Below are positions 9,764 to 18,961 of a stretch of DNA of 64,000 nucleotides, one piece after another. The stretch lies in IMG/VR virus record IMGVR_UViG_3300026286_000004; one strand, 5' to 3'. The first letter of the stretch is position 1. Every line of letters starts with the position of its first letter. This DNA is from a virus (Duplodnaviria > Heunggongvirae > Uroviricota > Caudoviricetes). The translations under genes and the position numbers were made by a program. The notes beneath the pieces are model-generated. The model had not been told where the DNA came from and searched no databases. It saw only the letters and a program-made list of their open reading frames with translations.

Positions 9764-9899
9764 GTCGGCTCCCTGCTCTCTCGATTCCATGGGGTCGGTG
9801 CGTCAACATCCGGATTGATCACGCTCACGCTCCCCTGCTGAGATGTATGCGGCAAGGCACCTTGCCCCCGATGCGTAACGACCCTCTCTTACCGGAGTC

Positions 9900-10754
9900 A
9901 TGGATGGCATGACTGATCTCGTTGCACCTGGCGACCCGCGGCACGGCACGTACACGGGCTACAAGCAGCTTCGCTGTCGCTGCGAAGACTGCCGGGCAGC
10001 TCAGGCCCGGCGGTACCGGGAGAGGGTGCGCAAGGGCCTTCCGAAGAACGACCCGAAGCACGGGACGCTGACGGGGTACAACAACTACGGGTGCCGGTGC
10101 GAGCCCTGCTGCGAGGCGTATGCCGCGTACCGCCGCAAGAAGTTGTCCAACGGTCTTCCCGAGGGTGACTCGCGGCATGGGACGCTAACGGGGTACAACC
10201 ACTATGGGTGCCGGTGCGAGCCCTGCTGCGAGGCGGATGCCGCGCACCGCCGCAAGAAGATGTCCGGCGGCCTTCCCGAGGGTGACTCGCGGCATGGGAC
10301 GCTGACGGGGTACAACAAATACGGGTGCCGGTGCGATAAGTGCGGCGAAGCCCGTTCCGTGTACCGCCGCAAGAAGATGTCCGGCGGCCTTCCCGAGGGT
10401 GACTCGCGGCATGGGACGCTGACGGGGTACAGACACTATGGGTGCCGGTGCGAGCCCTGCTGCGAGGCGGATGCCGCGCACCGCCGCAAGAAGTTGTCCG
10501 GCGGCCTTCCCGAGGGCGATCCGCGGCACGGGACGCTGACGGGGTACAACCATCACGTATGCCGGTGCAAGCCCTGCTGCGAGGCGCTTGCCGCGTACCG
10601 CCGCAAGAAGGCGTCCGGCGGCCTTCCGAAGAACGACCCGAAGCACGGGACGACGACGGGGTACGACAACTACGGGTGCCGGTGCGAGTCCTGTCGTCGA
10701 GGGTATGCCGCGTACCGGCGAGAACGCAGGCAACGGCCTGACCCCGCCGCCTGA
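9900..10754 (+). CDS. Cys-rich tandem-repeat protein: seven 40-aa repeats, each with an [28 protein letters not shown] motif (putative Zn-binding or DNA-binding module)
   Basis: Seven near-identical 120-bp DNA repeats. Each unit is P(E/K)(G/N)D(S/P)(R/K)[20 protein letters not shown](D/Y)AA(H/Y)RRKK(L/M)SGGL. Class-1 promoter motif upstream at 9873-9911. Confidence 0.7.
   Translation: MDGMTDLVAPGDPRHGTYTGYKQLRCRCEDCRAAQARRYRERVRKGLPKNDPKHGTLTGYNNYGCRCEPCCEAYAAYRRKKLSNGLPEGDSRHGTLTGYNHYGCRCEPCCEADAAHRRKKMSGGLPEGDSRHGTLTGYNKYGCRCDKCGEARSVYRRKKMSGGLPEGDSRHGTLTGYRHYGCRCEPCCEADAAHRRKKLSGGLPEGDPRHGTLTGYNHHVCRCKPCCEALAAYRRKKASGGLPKNDPKHGTTTGYDNYGCRCESCRRGYAAYRRERRQRPDPAA
9945..10735 (+). repeat. 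seven ~120-bp near-identical tandem direct repeats (coding)
   Basis: Seen directly. Shadow ORFs on the opposite strand (9898..11013, 10185..10733) are artefacts of this repeat. Confidence 0.85.
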
Positions 10755-10767
10755 CCGGCTGTCTCCG

Positions 10768-10783
10768 GCAAAGAGGGAGTATG
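10768..10783 (+). promoter_or_regulatory. class-2 start element GGCAAAGAG-N5-ATG (thyA)
   Basis: One of 9 copies. The others lie before starts at 13033, 20746, 25599, 31913, 38212, 43021 and 60520(-), plus an orphan at 5690. Confidence 0.55.
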
Positions 10784-11572
10784 CGACAGTACCTCGACCT
10801 GATGCAACGAGTCCTCGACGAGGGTGTGGAGCGCCCGGACCGCACCGGCACGGGCACGCTCGGGGTCTTCGGCCACCAGATGCGCTTCGACCTCGCCGAC
10901 GGGTTCCCCGTCGTGACCACCAAGAAGCTGCACCTGCGCTCGATCATCGGTGAGCTGCTGTGGTTCCTGCGCGGCGACACGAACGTGGCGTGGCTGAACG
11001 AGCGCGGCATCACGATCTGGGACGAGTGGGCCGACGAGAACGGCGACCTCGGGCCGGTATACGGCTACCAGTGGAGATCGTGGCCGGCACCGGATGGCCG
11101 CAGCATCGACCAGATCGCGGACGTGATCGCCTCGATCCGGTCCAACCCGAACGGCCGCCGGCATGTCGTGTCCGCATGGAACCCGGCCGACGTCGACAAG
11201 CAGGCCCTGCCGCCGTGTCACGCACTGTTCCAATTCCACGTTGCGGACGGACGCCTGTCGTGCCAGCTGTACCAGCGGTCTGCGGACATCTTCCTCGGTG
11301 TCCCGTTCAATATCGCCTCGTATGCCCTGCTCACCCACCTCGTCGCCCAGCAGACCGGGCTTGAGGTCGGCGACTTCGTGCACACCCTCGGCGATGCCCA
11401 CCTCTATCTCAACCACCTCGATCAGGCCCGCGAGCAGCTGGCCCGCGAGCCCTTCCCGCTGCCGACCCTGCGATTGACGCCGCGGGAGTCCATCGACGCC
11501 TACGAGTTGGAGGACGTCGAGCTGGTCGGCTACCAGGCGCACCCGTCGATCAAGGCGCCGATCGCGGTATGA
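10781..11572 (+). CDS. thyA: thymidylate synthase ThyA
   Basis: [38 protein letters not shown]..., ending PIAV. Confidence 0.9.
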   Translation: MRQYLDLMQRVLDEGVERPDRTGTGTLGVFGHQMRFDLADGFPVVTTKKLHLRSIIGELLWFLRGDTNVAWLNERGITIWDEWADENGDLGPVYGYQWRSWPAPDGRSIDQIADVIASIRSNPNGRRHVVSAWNPADVDKQALPPCHALFQFHVADGRLSCQLYQRSADIFLGVPFNIASYALLTHLVAQQTGLEVGDFVHTLGDAHLYLNHLDQAREQLAREPFPLPTLRLTPRESIDAYELEDVELVGYQAHPSIKAPIAV

Positions 11573-11630
11573 GCACGTGGTGGAGCCGGTGCCAAGACCG
11601 GACCGTGAAGTCAACCGTGGGGATGGCAGC

Positions 11631-12872
11631 ATGATCACCTTGATCGCGGCGGTCGCGCAGAACCGGGTGATCGGGAACGGGCCACAGATCCCGTGGCGGG
11701 TACCGGGGGAGCAGGAGCATTTCCGGGACACCACGATGGGCCACGCCGTCATCATGGGCCGGGCCACGTTCGACTCTATCGGCCGGGGGCTGCCGGGCCG
11801 GCGCGTCATCGTCGTCACGCGCGCACCGATCGTTTCCCATCCGGACGTCGAGACCGCGTCGAGCCTGGATGACGCGATCGCGTTGGCCGGGGCCGGCACG
11901 GAGATTTTCATCGCCGGCGGCGGGCAGCTCTACGAGGCGGCGATGCCGTACGCGGATCGGTTGATCCTGTCGGAGATTCCGCTGGCGCCGGACGGCGACG
12001 TGCTGTTCCCGGAGTTCACGCTGTTCGACGGCCGGGATCTGCTGACCCGTCCAAGCCTCGATGCGTGGGTGGAGACCAGCCGCGCCGACCACTGGTCCTT
12101 TCAGGTGGTCACGTACGCCCGCCCGGTGCCCGTGCACGACCCGGACGCCCCGGTCCTGGTCGCCGGCGACTGGCACGGCGAGGTTAGGCTGGCGGTGGCT
12201 GCGGTCCAGGCCGCGAAGGGGCGCGGGATCGACCTGATCCTGCACACGGGCGATTTCGGGATCTGGCGCGGCGACGAGTTCTTTCTCGACGCCCTGCAAC
12301 GCGAGCTGGAGGCTGCCGGCGTCCAGTTGTGGTTCGTCGATGGCAACCATGAGGACTTCGAGCGGTTGTACGCCTATGCGCCGGACCCGGATGGCCGCCG
12401 CCGGGTGCGCCGGTCGGTGTGGCATCTGCCGCGCGGGCACCGGTTCGCCGCGGCCGGCCGGTCGTGGCTGGCGTGCGGCGGGGCGGCGTCGATCGACCGA
12501 TCGTTCCGGACCCCGGTTCTCAACTGGTGGCCGCAGGAGACGATCACGCAGGCGGATCTACACCGGTGCGCCATCGGCGGCCGCGTTGATGCCCTGCTTG
12601 TCCACGAGGCCCCGGATGAGTCGCCGACGTTGCGGGCCGCGTATGCCAGCCCGTCGCAGTGGCCGGAGTCCGGACTGGCCGAGTCGGAGCAGTCGCGCCG
12701 GATGATCTCGGCGCTGGTCGCGGCGACCGGGCCGCGGTTCCTCTTCCACGGTCACCATCACCTGCGGTACGTCGACGTCCTCGACGAGTTGACGATCACA
12801 GGCCTCGGGACGCTCCCGAGCGACAACCTGGCCGTCTTCGACGGCGAGACGATCGAGCTGCTCGGACCGTGA
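11631..12872 (+). CDS. folA: dihydrofolate reductase (N-terminal ~165 aa) fused in frame to a calcineurin-like metallophosphoesterase domain
   Basis: DHFR N-terminus MITLIAAVAQNRVIGNGPQIPWRVPGEQEHF. Phosphoesterase motifs follow from about residue 175: GDWHGE, TGDFG, VDGNHE, FHGHHH. The ATG at 11631 has a GGGGATGG RBS-like upstream sequence and sits 59 nt after the thyA stop. Confidence 0.8.
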   Translation: MITLIAAVAQNRVIGNGPQIPWRVPGEQEHFRDTTMGHAVIMGRATFDSIGRGLPGRRVIVVTRAPIVSHPDVETASSLDDAIALAGAGTEIFIAGGGQLYEAAMPYADRLILSEIPLAPDGDVLFPEFTLFDGRDLLTRPSLDAWVETSRADHWSFQVVTYARPVPVHDPDAPVLVAGDWHGEVRLAVAAVQAAKGRGIDLILHTGDFGIWRGDEFFLDALQRELEAAGVQLWFVDGNHEDFERLYAYAPDPDGRRRVRRSVWHLPRGHRFAAAGRSWLACGGAASIDRSFRTPVLNWWPQETITQADLHRCAIGGRVDALLVHEAPDESPTLRAAYASPSQWPESGLAESEQSRRMISALVAATGPRFLFHGHHHLRYVDVLDELTITGLGTLPSDNLAVFDGETIELLGP

Positions 12873-12965
12873 CATCTCGCCGCGCGAAATGCTTCCGCCC
12901 GAAGTGTCCATATGGTAAGATGCGCACACTGCGATAGAGGCTATGTCCGCGGGAACGGGAAGCCT

Positions 12966-12998
12966 GAGAGGCGAGGTCAGAAATGGCCTCGCCTCTCG
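12966..12998. terminator. 11-bp perfect inverted repeat hairpin (gagaggcgagg / cctcgcctctc) between the folA fusion and dinG
   Basis: Seen in sequence. Confidence 0.4.
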
Positions 12999-13032
12999 CC
13001 GTCTCCGGGCCGGCCTGCGGCAAAGAGGAAGC

Positions 13033-15324
13033 GTGACGATCCCTGATGCCGACGCTCTGCACGCGACTCTCGATGATGTCCTGACCCGGACCGTCATCGA
13101 GATCACCGGCGACCCGGACGCGAAGCCGCGGCCTGGGCAGTCCGCTCTCGCGCACGACATCCTGACCGCGATGATCAACGCGACGTCACGCGATGCGCAG
13201 GCCGGCTCCGACCATGTGCTCGGGTGCGCCCCGACCGGCGTCGGCAAGGCGATCGCGTGCGCCGCCCCGGCCGCCGTCATGGCTGCGAAGCGCGGTCACC
13301 GGACGGTTGTGTCGACCGAGTCGCTGGCGTTGCAGGCCCAACTGCTGACCAAGGATCTGCCGGACATCGCGAACGCGATCTTGAACGCGACCGGGCACGA
13401 GCTGACGTTCTCGGTCCGCAAGGGATGGTCGAACTACGGCTGCGTCGTCCAGGCCGTCACGAAGCTGCGCTCCGACCTCGAGCTTGCCGGGATCAAGGAC
13501 ACCATCCCGGACCCGGCGGACACCGACCCGGAAGAGGTCGTCGACGCGGCGATGACCATCATCCAGGACCACCCGGAACTGGACACTGCCCTGGTGAACT
13601 GGGTTCTCCTGGAAGCCATCTCCGGTGGTGAGGGAGACCGGGCGACGTGCGATGAGGACGTGACCGAGTGGGACAAGGTGTCCATCGGCCCGACCGAATG
13701 CCTCGGCAACCAGGACAAGGGCTGCCCGTTCGCGAAGCAGTGCCCGGCCGTCCGGGGCCGTGAGGCGTCGCGGGAGTCCGACATCGTCGTCACCAACCAT
13801 TCGCTGCTCGCGGTGCAGGCATCCCAGTCGGCGCCCGTGCTGCTGTCGAACCCGTCCAACGGGTTGTTTCGGCACCTGATCATCGACGAGGCGCACGCCC
13901 TGCCCGGCCAGGTCCGCGGTGCCGGGGCGCGAGACCTGTCGGCTCGCCGGATCACGCGGGTCGCCCGGGAACTGGCCCGCAACTTCGGCACGATCAACGA
14001 CTTGAAGGCGCCCGCCGTGGACGCCGTCGTCGACGACGGCTACCTGGTCGCGACCGAGGTCGACCACCTGGTGACGGCGTGGGTGCGCGGCCAGGTCGGC
14101 GAGACCCCGGCCCTGCCGCCCGATCTCAGCACGACAAGCCTTTCACCGATCTACGACAAGCTGCTCACCTGGGGTGCCGCGGTGAAGCGGGCTCTGCCCG
14201 GTGGCGACGGCCTGCCGACGTCGGCCGAGCTGTCCCGGCATCGCGTCCTGGGGCAGCTCGGATCGTTGCTGCGAGACGTGTCCGACCTGTTCGACCCGGA
14301 CGTTGCCGCGGCCCGGTGGGTCGAGGTCGGTCATGTCACCGACTCCGAGCGCGCCCGTGGCTGGACCGGTCTCGTGATGCGTTTGTCCCCGATCGACGTG
14401 TCGGAGGCGATCTCCGGCAACCTGTTCTCCACGACCGACCGGAAGCCGGGGGAGAAGCGCCCGAAGGACGAGGTGGAGCCGCGGCTCCCTTTGTCGGTGT
14501 CGATGGTGTCGGCGACCTTGCCGGCGGGTTTCGCCCGCGAGTCCGGGATCCGTGCGAAGGCGCAGGAGTACGAGTCGCCGTTCGCGACCGCGTACGAGAA
14601 TTCGATGCTCTACGTCCCGCGCGTCGACGACCCGGCCGAGCTGGCACGGATCGCGACCCGCAACGAGCGTGGCCGGTGGCGGTTCGACGTCTACCGGCAC
14701 CCGCAGTGGGCGGCCGACTACGTGACCGAACTGGTCAGCGCCAACGACGGCTACGCGCTCGTGCTGGCGGCGACGGCGGCGACCGGGAAGATGTATGCCG
14801 ACGAGTTGCGCCGTCGCACCCGGCTGCACGTCCACTCCCAGTGGGACGGCGGTGACCCGGCCCGGATCGCGGCGTCCTGGAAGGACGACCCGTCATCGGT
14901 CATGGTGGGCACGAAGTCGTTCATGACGGGCTTGGACGCGGCCGGGGACACGTGCTCCCTGGTCATCATCGACCGGGTGCCGCGGGCCCCGCAGAACGTC
15001 GTCGACGACGCCCGGGCGCAACTGCTGATGGACGAACTCGACATCGACAAGTGGGCAGCGGACCGGATGGTCTACGGCGCGGACGCCTCGCTGACGTTCG
15101 AGCAGGCCCTCGGCCGGTTGATCCGCCGGGTGTCCGACCACGGGATGGCGGTCTGCCTGGATCCGCGGCTGATGAAGAACGCCCCGCTGTCGCAGCCGGA
15201 GACGACCCGGGCGGCGTACATGGCGGCGGCCCGCCACTTCACGCGCCGCACGTCCAGCAAGGCGGACGCTCTCGCGTTCCTGCGCGAGCAGGCGGCTGCC
15301 CGGGCCGTGGCCGGGGCAGCGTAA
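13033..15324 (+). CDS. dinG: DinG/XPD-family Fe-S DNA helicase-like protein
   Basis: CAPTGVGKA P-loop (K followed by A rather than T/S), a DEAH box LIIDEAHAL, and a 4-Cys cluster CLGNQDKGCPFAKQCPAV. The class-2 element GGCAAAGAG lies 5 nt before GTG 13033. The ORF is open from 12943. Confidence 0.8.
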   Translation: MTIPDADALHATLDDVLTRTVIEITGDPDAKPRPGQSALAHDILTAMINATSRDAQAGSDHVLGCAPTGVGKAIACAAPAAVMAAKRGHRTVVSTESLALQAQLLTKDLPDIANAILNATGHELTFSVRKGWSNYGCVVQAVTKLRSDLELAGIKDTIPDPADTDPEEVVDAAMTIIQDHPELDTALVNWVLLEAISGGEGDRATCDEDVTEWDKVSIGPTECLGNQDKGCPFAKQCPAVRGREASRESDIVVTNHSLLAVQASQSAPVLLSNPSNGLFRHLIIDEAHALPGQVRGAGARDLSARRITRVARELARNFGTINDLKAPAVDAVVDDGYLVATEVDHLVTAWVRGQVGETPALPPDLSTTSLSPIYDKLLTWGAAVKRALPGGDGLPTSAELSRHRVLGQLGSLLRDVSDLFDPDVAAARWVEVGHVTDSERARGWTGLVMRLSPIDVSEAISGNLFSTTDRKPGEKRPKDEVEPRLPLSVSMVSATLPAGFARESGIRAKAQEYESPFATAYENSMLYVPRVDDPAELARIATRNERGRWRFDVYRHPQWAADYVTELVSANDGYALVLAATAATGKMYADELRRRTRLHVHSQWDGGDPARIAASWKDDPSSVMVGTKSFMTGLDAAGDTCSLVIIDRVPRAPQNVVDDARAQLLMDELDIDKWAADRMVYGADASLTFEQALGRLIRRVSDHGMAVCLDPRLMKNAPLSQPETTRAAYMAAARHFTRRTSSKADALAFLREQAAARAVAGAA

Positions 15325-15350
15325 CGACGTCGGAGGACCGGACCGGCGTC

Positions 15351-15635
15351 ATGGACGGCATGAAGAAGAAGCTCCGGATCCGCGTCGTGGATTACGCCAC
15401 CACGTGCTACGCCTGCCCGACGATCTTCGACATGACGACGACCGGCCGGCCGGGGTACTTCCGGCTCCGGGACGGCTCCTTCCGGCTGGCGTACGACGAC
15501 GGCGACCGGGCCGTGATCGTCTCCGGTTCCGCGCCGGATGACTTGGACGGGGTGTGCACGTTCGAGGACGCCCTCGGCCTGGTTCGCGCCGCCGGCGTCG
15601 ACATCACGTATGAGCCTGCCCGGCAAGGAGGTTGA
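15351..15635 (+). CDS. hypothetical small protein (about 94 aa)
   Basis: Class-1 motif GCGTAAC..CCGGCGTCATGGACGGCATGAAG. Its GCGTAA contains the dinG stop codon. Alternative start at 15360. Confidence 0.5.
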   Translation: MDGMKKKLRIRVVDYATTCYACPTIFDMTTTGRPGYFRLRDGSFRLAYDDGDRAVIVSGSAPDDLDGVCTFEDALGLVRAAGVDITYEPARQGG

Positions 15636-15639
15636 CGTC

Positions 15640-16050
15640 ATGACCATCGCCACGGTTCTTGTCCCGGTCGTCGATGCCCCGTTCGTTGTCGACATGGTCC
15701 GCCCGATCGGGGCCGGCCGGATCGCAACGCTCAGCGCGATCCTGTACACGCCCGGCTCGACCCGCACGGTCGCGGCCGATGTCGTTCTCGACGAGAACGG
15801 TCGTGTCGGGGTTGGACAGTTCGGCGAGGACGCCCTCCGGGCGCTCGTGGCGACGGTGCGCGCCGGGCATGTGGCCGACATCTTCCTCGGGGTTTCCGCT
15901 TCCGCTGACGCACCCGAGCAGGCGGCGGCGTGGGTGGCCGCCGGCGGGCGGCTCAGGCCGCGGAGCGCGACGGAGATCGCGGCGTTCACCTGGTTCGGTG
16001 ACAAGGCCGATCCGATCCGTTTCGTCGACGCGTGGCCGGTGCAGCTGTGA
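15640..16050 (+). CDS. hypothetical protein; paralog of 38679..39095 (shared C-terminus ..D(P/Q)(I/L)R(F/Y)(V/L)DAWPV)
   Basis: AAGGAGG RBS at 15624-15630. Aligns with the 38679 product across the second half. Confidence 0.6.
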   Translation: MTIATVLVPVVDAPFVVDMVRPIGAGRIATLSAILYTPGSTRTVAADVVLDENGRVGVGQFGEDALRALVATVRAGHVADIFLGVSASADAPEQAAAWVAAGGRLRPRSATEIAAFTWFGDKADPIRFVDAWPVQL

Positions 16051-16144
16051 GCGCGCAGCGAGGCGCGGCAGTCGCTGTTCTTCGACGCCGAGTTCTCGGC
16101 CGCGAACCGGGCAGAAGCTCGCGCACATCGTCGGCGAACCGCGG

Positions 16145-16387
16145 ATGCGCGAGGAGGTCACCCGTGTCGGAGTTTCGAAGACCGACCTGCGGTACCGGCC
16201 GGAGTTCCCGGACTGGTCGAGCACGTTGTGGGTGACGTTCGTGACGTCGATGCTGACCGGTGACAGCGTGCTGTCCCTGATCGACGCCGGCGGGCTGAGC
16301 GTCGGTGTCGGGGAGTGGCGGCCGGAGCGCAGCGGGGACTTCGGAACGTTCCGTGTTGACACGACCAGAGACGTCGTCATCGCCTGA
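16145..16387 (+). CDS. hypothetical small protein
   Basis: Protein-like C-terminal 80 aa of the 15659 ORF frame. Start uncertain. Confidence 0.3.
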   Translation: MREEVTRVGVSKTDLRYRPEFPDWSSTLWVTFVTSMLTGDSVLSLIDAGGLSVGVGEWRPERSGDFGTFRVDTTRDVVIA

Positions 16388-16462
16388 AGATCATCTCGGC
16401 AGGGTAGGCACGGTTAGGCGCGTCGTGCTCTGGCAACGCAAGCTACGACACGGTACGGGCGC

Positions 16463-16495
16463 GGCCCCGGTCCGGATTCTCCGGACCTGGGCCGC
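16463..16495. terminator. bidirectional hairpin (ggtccgga-ttc-tccggacc with a GC-clamp extension) between convergent genes
   Basis: Seen in sequence between the stops at 16387 (+) and 16499 (-). Confidence 0.45.
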
Positions 16496-16498
16496 GTT

Positions 16499-16786
16499 TC
16501 ATACCCGGCGCAGCGCGTCCTGGACGTATTCGACGACCTCGGAGCGTTTCTTGGTCCAGCGGTAGTCCTTGACGACGATCGAGTCGGCGTTCTCGATCCA
16601 GACGTTCCACCCGACCCAGACATCCCGGTTCTTGCGCCACCATATGTCGTTGACGTGGATGATGTGCTTGCCGGAGCGGATCTGGATCTGGTGCGACATG
16701 CCGTTGATGCCGCTGCGCACGATCACTTTCGTCTCGATCCCGGCCTGTTGCAGGCTGGCTTGCAGTCGATTCCATCGCGCACTCAT
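16499..16786 (-). CDS. hypothetical protein (95 aa, Trp-rich), the only minus-strand gene in a long plus-strand block
   Basis: Clean protein-like ORF. A class-1-like motif on the minus strand (GCGTGTC..N18..TCAAC-N7-ATGAGT) precedes it. Local GC content appears lower. Confidence 0.55.
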   Translation of the reverse strand: MSARWNRLQASLQQAGIETKVIVRSGINGMSHQIQIRSGKHIIHVNDIWWRKNRDVWVGWNVWIENADSIVVKDYRWTKKRSEVVEYVQDALRRV

Positions 16787-16890
16787 GCCCGTGTTGATGC
16801 CGGTCAGGCCGGCTGGACACGATGTTGTCAGCATTTGCCAAGCACTGCCCTTTCTGTTAACAGATTCTGCTACCCGCACACATTCCGGGC

Positions 16891-18153
16891 GTGACGATTT
16901 CCGCGGCGAGCGTGTCCGCTCGTGAGCAAGCCCGCCAGGTCGACGGCAAGTTCGGCGCGCACCGGCACGCCGAGCAGGACGCCGACCTCGCGCCGGCCCA
17001 GGACCCTATCCCGCCGACGCCGCGGCACCTGGTGGTCTACGGCACGGACCAGCACGGTTTCGACGAGGCCATGACGTCCGATCTGTTCGCCCGGGCGTAC
17101 CGGGAGGCATCGGACGGACCCATCACCGGTCAAACCGAGAAGGCGTGGCGGAACTTCTGCTCCTGGCGCGCGAAGCACGCGCACTCCCCAGCGATCGCCG
17201 GTGGTTACCGGCGCCTGGCGGCCCAGCCGCCGGACGACCCGCGGACACTGCGAGCCGCCCTCGACATGAACCGGCGGGATGACAGAGCCTCGAAGGCCCT
17301 GAGCGCGCACGTCGCCTCGATCGCCGCCGTGCACGGCGTCGACCCGGACCGGGTGCGCTCGTACGTCCGGGCCGCCCGGATCCAGCATCAGGGCGCCGAA
17401 CCCGGGACGCTTCCGGCGCCGCCAGCCGAATGGGTGGCCGGCGTGACCGAGCGGGCCTACGACGTCCGTTCCGCCCCGCACGACCCGGCGACCCTGTACG
17501 CGCTCTACCGTGCCGAAGCGGATCCGGAGGCGTTCGGGCGGATTGCCGACCGGCCGCGCCAGTTCGCCTCCGTCGACCTCGAGACTGCCGGGCCGTTCGA
17601 CAAGTCCGGCTTCAAGCCGGAGAACGGCTGCATCATCGAGGTCGGGGTGTCGATCTGGAACGAGCGCGGCGAACGGGTCGGGGAGTTCGCGTCCCTGGTC
17701 CGGCCGGAGCCGCGGGCCGCGGGCACGTACCGGACCGGTGCCGTCGACGTGCACGGCATCCAGTGGGAGGACGTCGAGAACGCCCCGGAATGGCCGGCCG
17801 TCGCCACGCAGCTCGAGACGCACCTGCGCGGCTCGACGATGATCGCGCAGAACAGCCCGTTCGAGAGCACGTGGCTCGATCACCACATGCCGGCCGCCGG
17901 AGCGAGTTTCGACCGGTACATCCCCACCGCGGACACCTTCCGCGTGGCCCAACGGCACTTCGGGACGCTGGAGAACCACAAGCTCGAGACGATCGCCGGG
18001 CATGTCGGCGTCGAGTACGCCGACGGGCACCGGGCGTTGCATGATGCCGACGTCGCAGCTCGCACCCTGTTCGCGATGCAGGGGAGAATCGAGCAGACGT
18101 ACCAGTCCGACCCGGCCTGGGCGAACGCACCGAAGGTCGATGCCGAATGGTGA
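16891..18153 (+). CDS. two-domain protein: shared N-terminal family-X module plus a C-terminal DnaQ-like (DEDDh) 3'-5' exonuclease
   Basis: N-terminus MTISAASVSAREQARQVDGKFGAHRHAEQDADL. Exo I motif FASVDLETAG..ENGCIIEVGV and Exo III motif HRALHDADVAARTLF. GTG start preceded by CCGCACACATTCCGGGC. Confidence 0.7.
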   Translation: MTISAASVSAREQARQVDGKFGAHRHAEQDADLAPAQDPIPPTPRHLVVYGTDQHGFDEAMTSDLFARAYREASDGPITGQTEKAWRNFCSWRAKHAHSPAIAGGYRRLAAQPPDDPRTLRAALDMNRRDDRASKALSAHVASIAAVHGVDPDRVRSYVRAARIQHQGAEPGTLPAPPAEWVAGVTERAYDVRSAPHDPATLYALYRAEADPEAFGRIADRPRQFASVDLETAGPFDKSGFKPENGCIIEVGVSIWNERGERVGEFASLVRPEPRAAGTYRTGAVDVHGIQWEDVENAPEWPAVATQLETHLRGSTMIAQNSPFESTWLDHHMPAAGASFDRYIPTADTFRVAQRHFGTLENHKLETIAGHVGVEYADGHRALHDADVAARTLFAMQGRIEQTYQSDPAWANAPKVDAEW

Positions 18154-18404
18154 GCCCGGACATTCCCGTGATCGCCGCACTCATGGTGTTCGCGCTGTCC
18201 TGCCAGTTGGCGGCGCTGCGTCCGGACTACGGCGCGCCCGTCCTGAGCCTGGCGGCCCTCATCACGGGGATCGCCGGGTGGCTGTGGGTGCTGCAGCAGA
18301 CCGGGTGGCTGAACCGGGTCACGGCCGCGGCGATCATGCTCGGGGTCTGCCTCGCGTCGGCGCTGCTCGCCGCGGTCACCCGCGAATCTGCCGCATCGGT
18401 ATAG
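18147..18404 (+). CDS. small integral membrane protein
   Basis: Three predicted TM helices. ATG overlaps the upstream stop (ATGGTGA). Confidence 0.5.
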   Translation: MVSPDIPVIAALMVFALSCQLAALRPDYGAPVLSLAALITGIAGWLWVLQQTGWLNRVTAAAIMLGVCLASALLAAVTRESAASV

Positions 18405-18443
18405 GTGTCAGGGCTTTCCTCTCCACCTAAGCAGGTACCCGTC

Positions 18444-18602
18444 ATGCGCGACATCCACGAAGCGCTGAAGCATCTCGAGCAGCACCTCCCGCCCGACCTG
18501 GACCCAGGCCAGGTCGTCGACTACATCGCCGAGCACGCCGAGGAGCTGCGTCACCCGGCCTGCTGCGGCCAGCCGTTGCGGGCGCCCGAGGTCTTTCAGT
18601 GA
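18444..18602 (+). CDS. hypothetical small protein
   Basis: Product MRDIHEALKHLEQHLPPDLDPGQVVDYIAEHAEELRHPACCGQPLRAPEVFQ. Stop overlaps the next GTG start. Confidence 0.35.
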   Translation: MRDIHEALKHLEQHLPPDLDPGQVVDYIAEHAEELRHPACCGQPLRAPEVFQ

Positions 18603-18826
18603 AGTTCGCCTACCTCGCCGCGGCGGCATTGACGGTCCTGATGGCCGCCAACGTGCTGCTGTGGAAGCGGGCCGGCTCCCCGGTCGATCACGACCGCAAG
18701 CACGACCCGGTGCCGGTGACCGTCGCCGGCGCGATCGCCGCGTTCACCACGGGGATCACGTTGCTCATGCTGCTCTGGTGGGTGGTCGAGCAGGCGCTGT
18801 CGGCGTGGCGATCCCGCGGCGCGTAA
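18599..18826 (+). CDS. small membrane protein
   Basis: Two hydrophobic helices. The stop sits inside the GCGTAA of the next promoter motif. Confidence 0.45.
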   Translation: MKFAYLAAAALTVLMAANVLLWKRAGSPVDHDRKHDPVPVTVAGAIAAFTTGITLLMLLWWVVEQALSAWRSRGA

Positions 18827-18856
18827 CCACCCCTGGTCACCGGAGTCATCACGATC

Positions 18857-18961
18857 ATGGACATGGAAACGGCAGTCGAGATGGTCAAGCTGATCTTCCC
18901 CGGTTCGACCGTCATCGACGTCACCGTCGAGCCGATCCTCGCAGAGGCCGGCGATGAGTGA
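18857..18961 (+). CDS. tiny ORF (34 aa) behind a class-1 motif
   Basis: GCGTAAC-N18-TCATC-N7-ATG. Overlaps the start of the 18954 gene. Confidence 0.3.
   Translation: MDMETAVEMVKLIFPGSTVIDVTVEPILAEAGDE

Noticed and set aside
9898-11013. Long antisense ORFs (9898..11013 -, 10185..10733 -, 10442..10741 +) across the Cys-repeat gene
   Set aside because: They are periodic Arg/Pro/Gly-rich translations produced by the 120-bp tandem repeat, not independent genes.
14952-15635. 227-aa ORF 14952..15635
   Set aside because: Only the C-terminal ~94 aa (from ATG 15351, behind a class-1 motif) looks protein-like. The upstream part is the dinG alternate frame.
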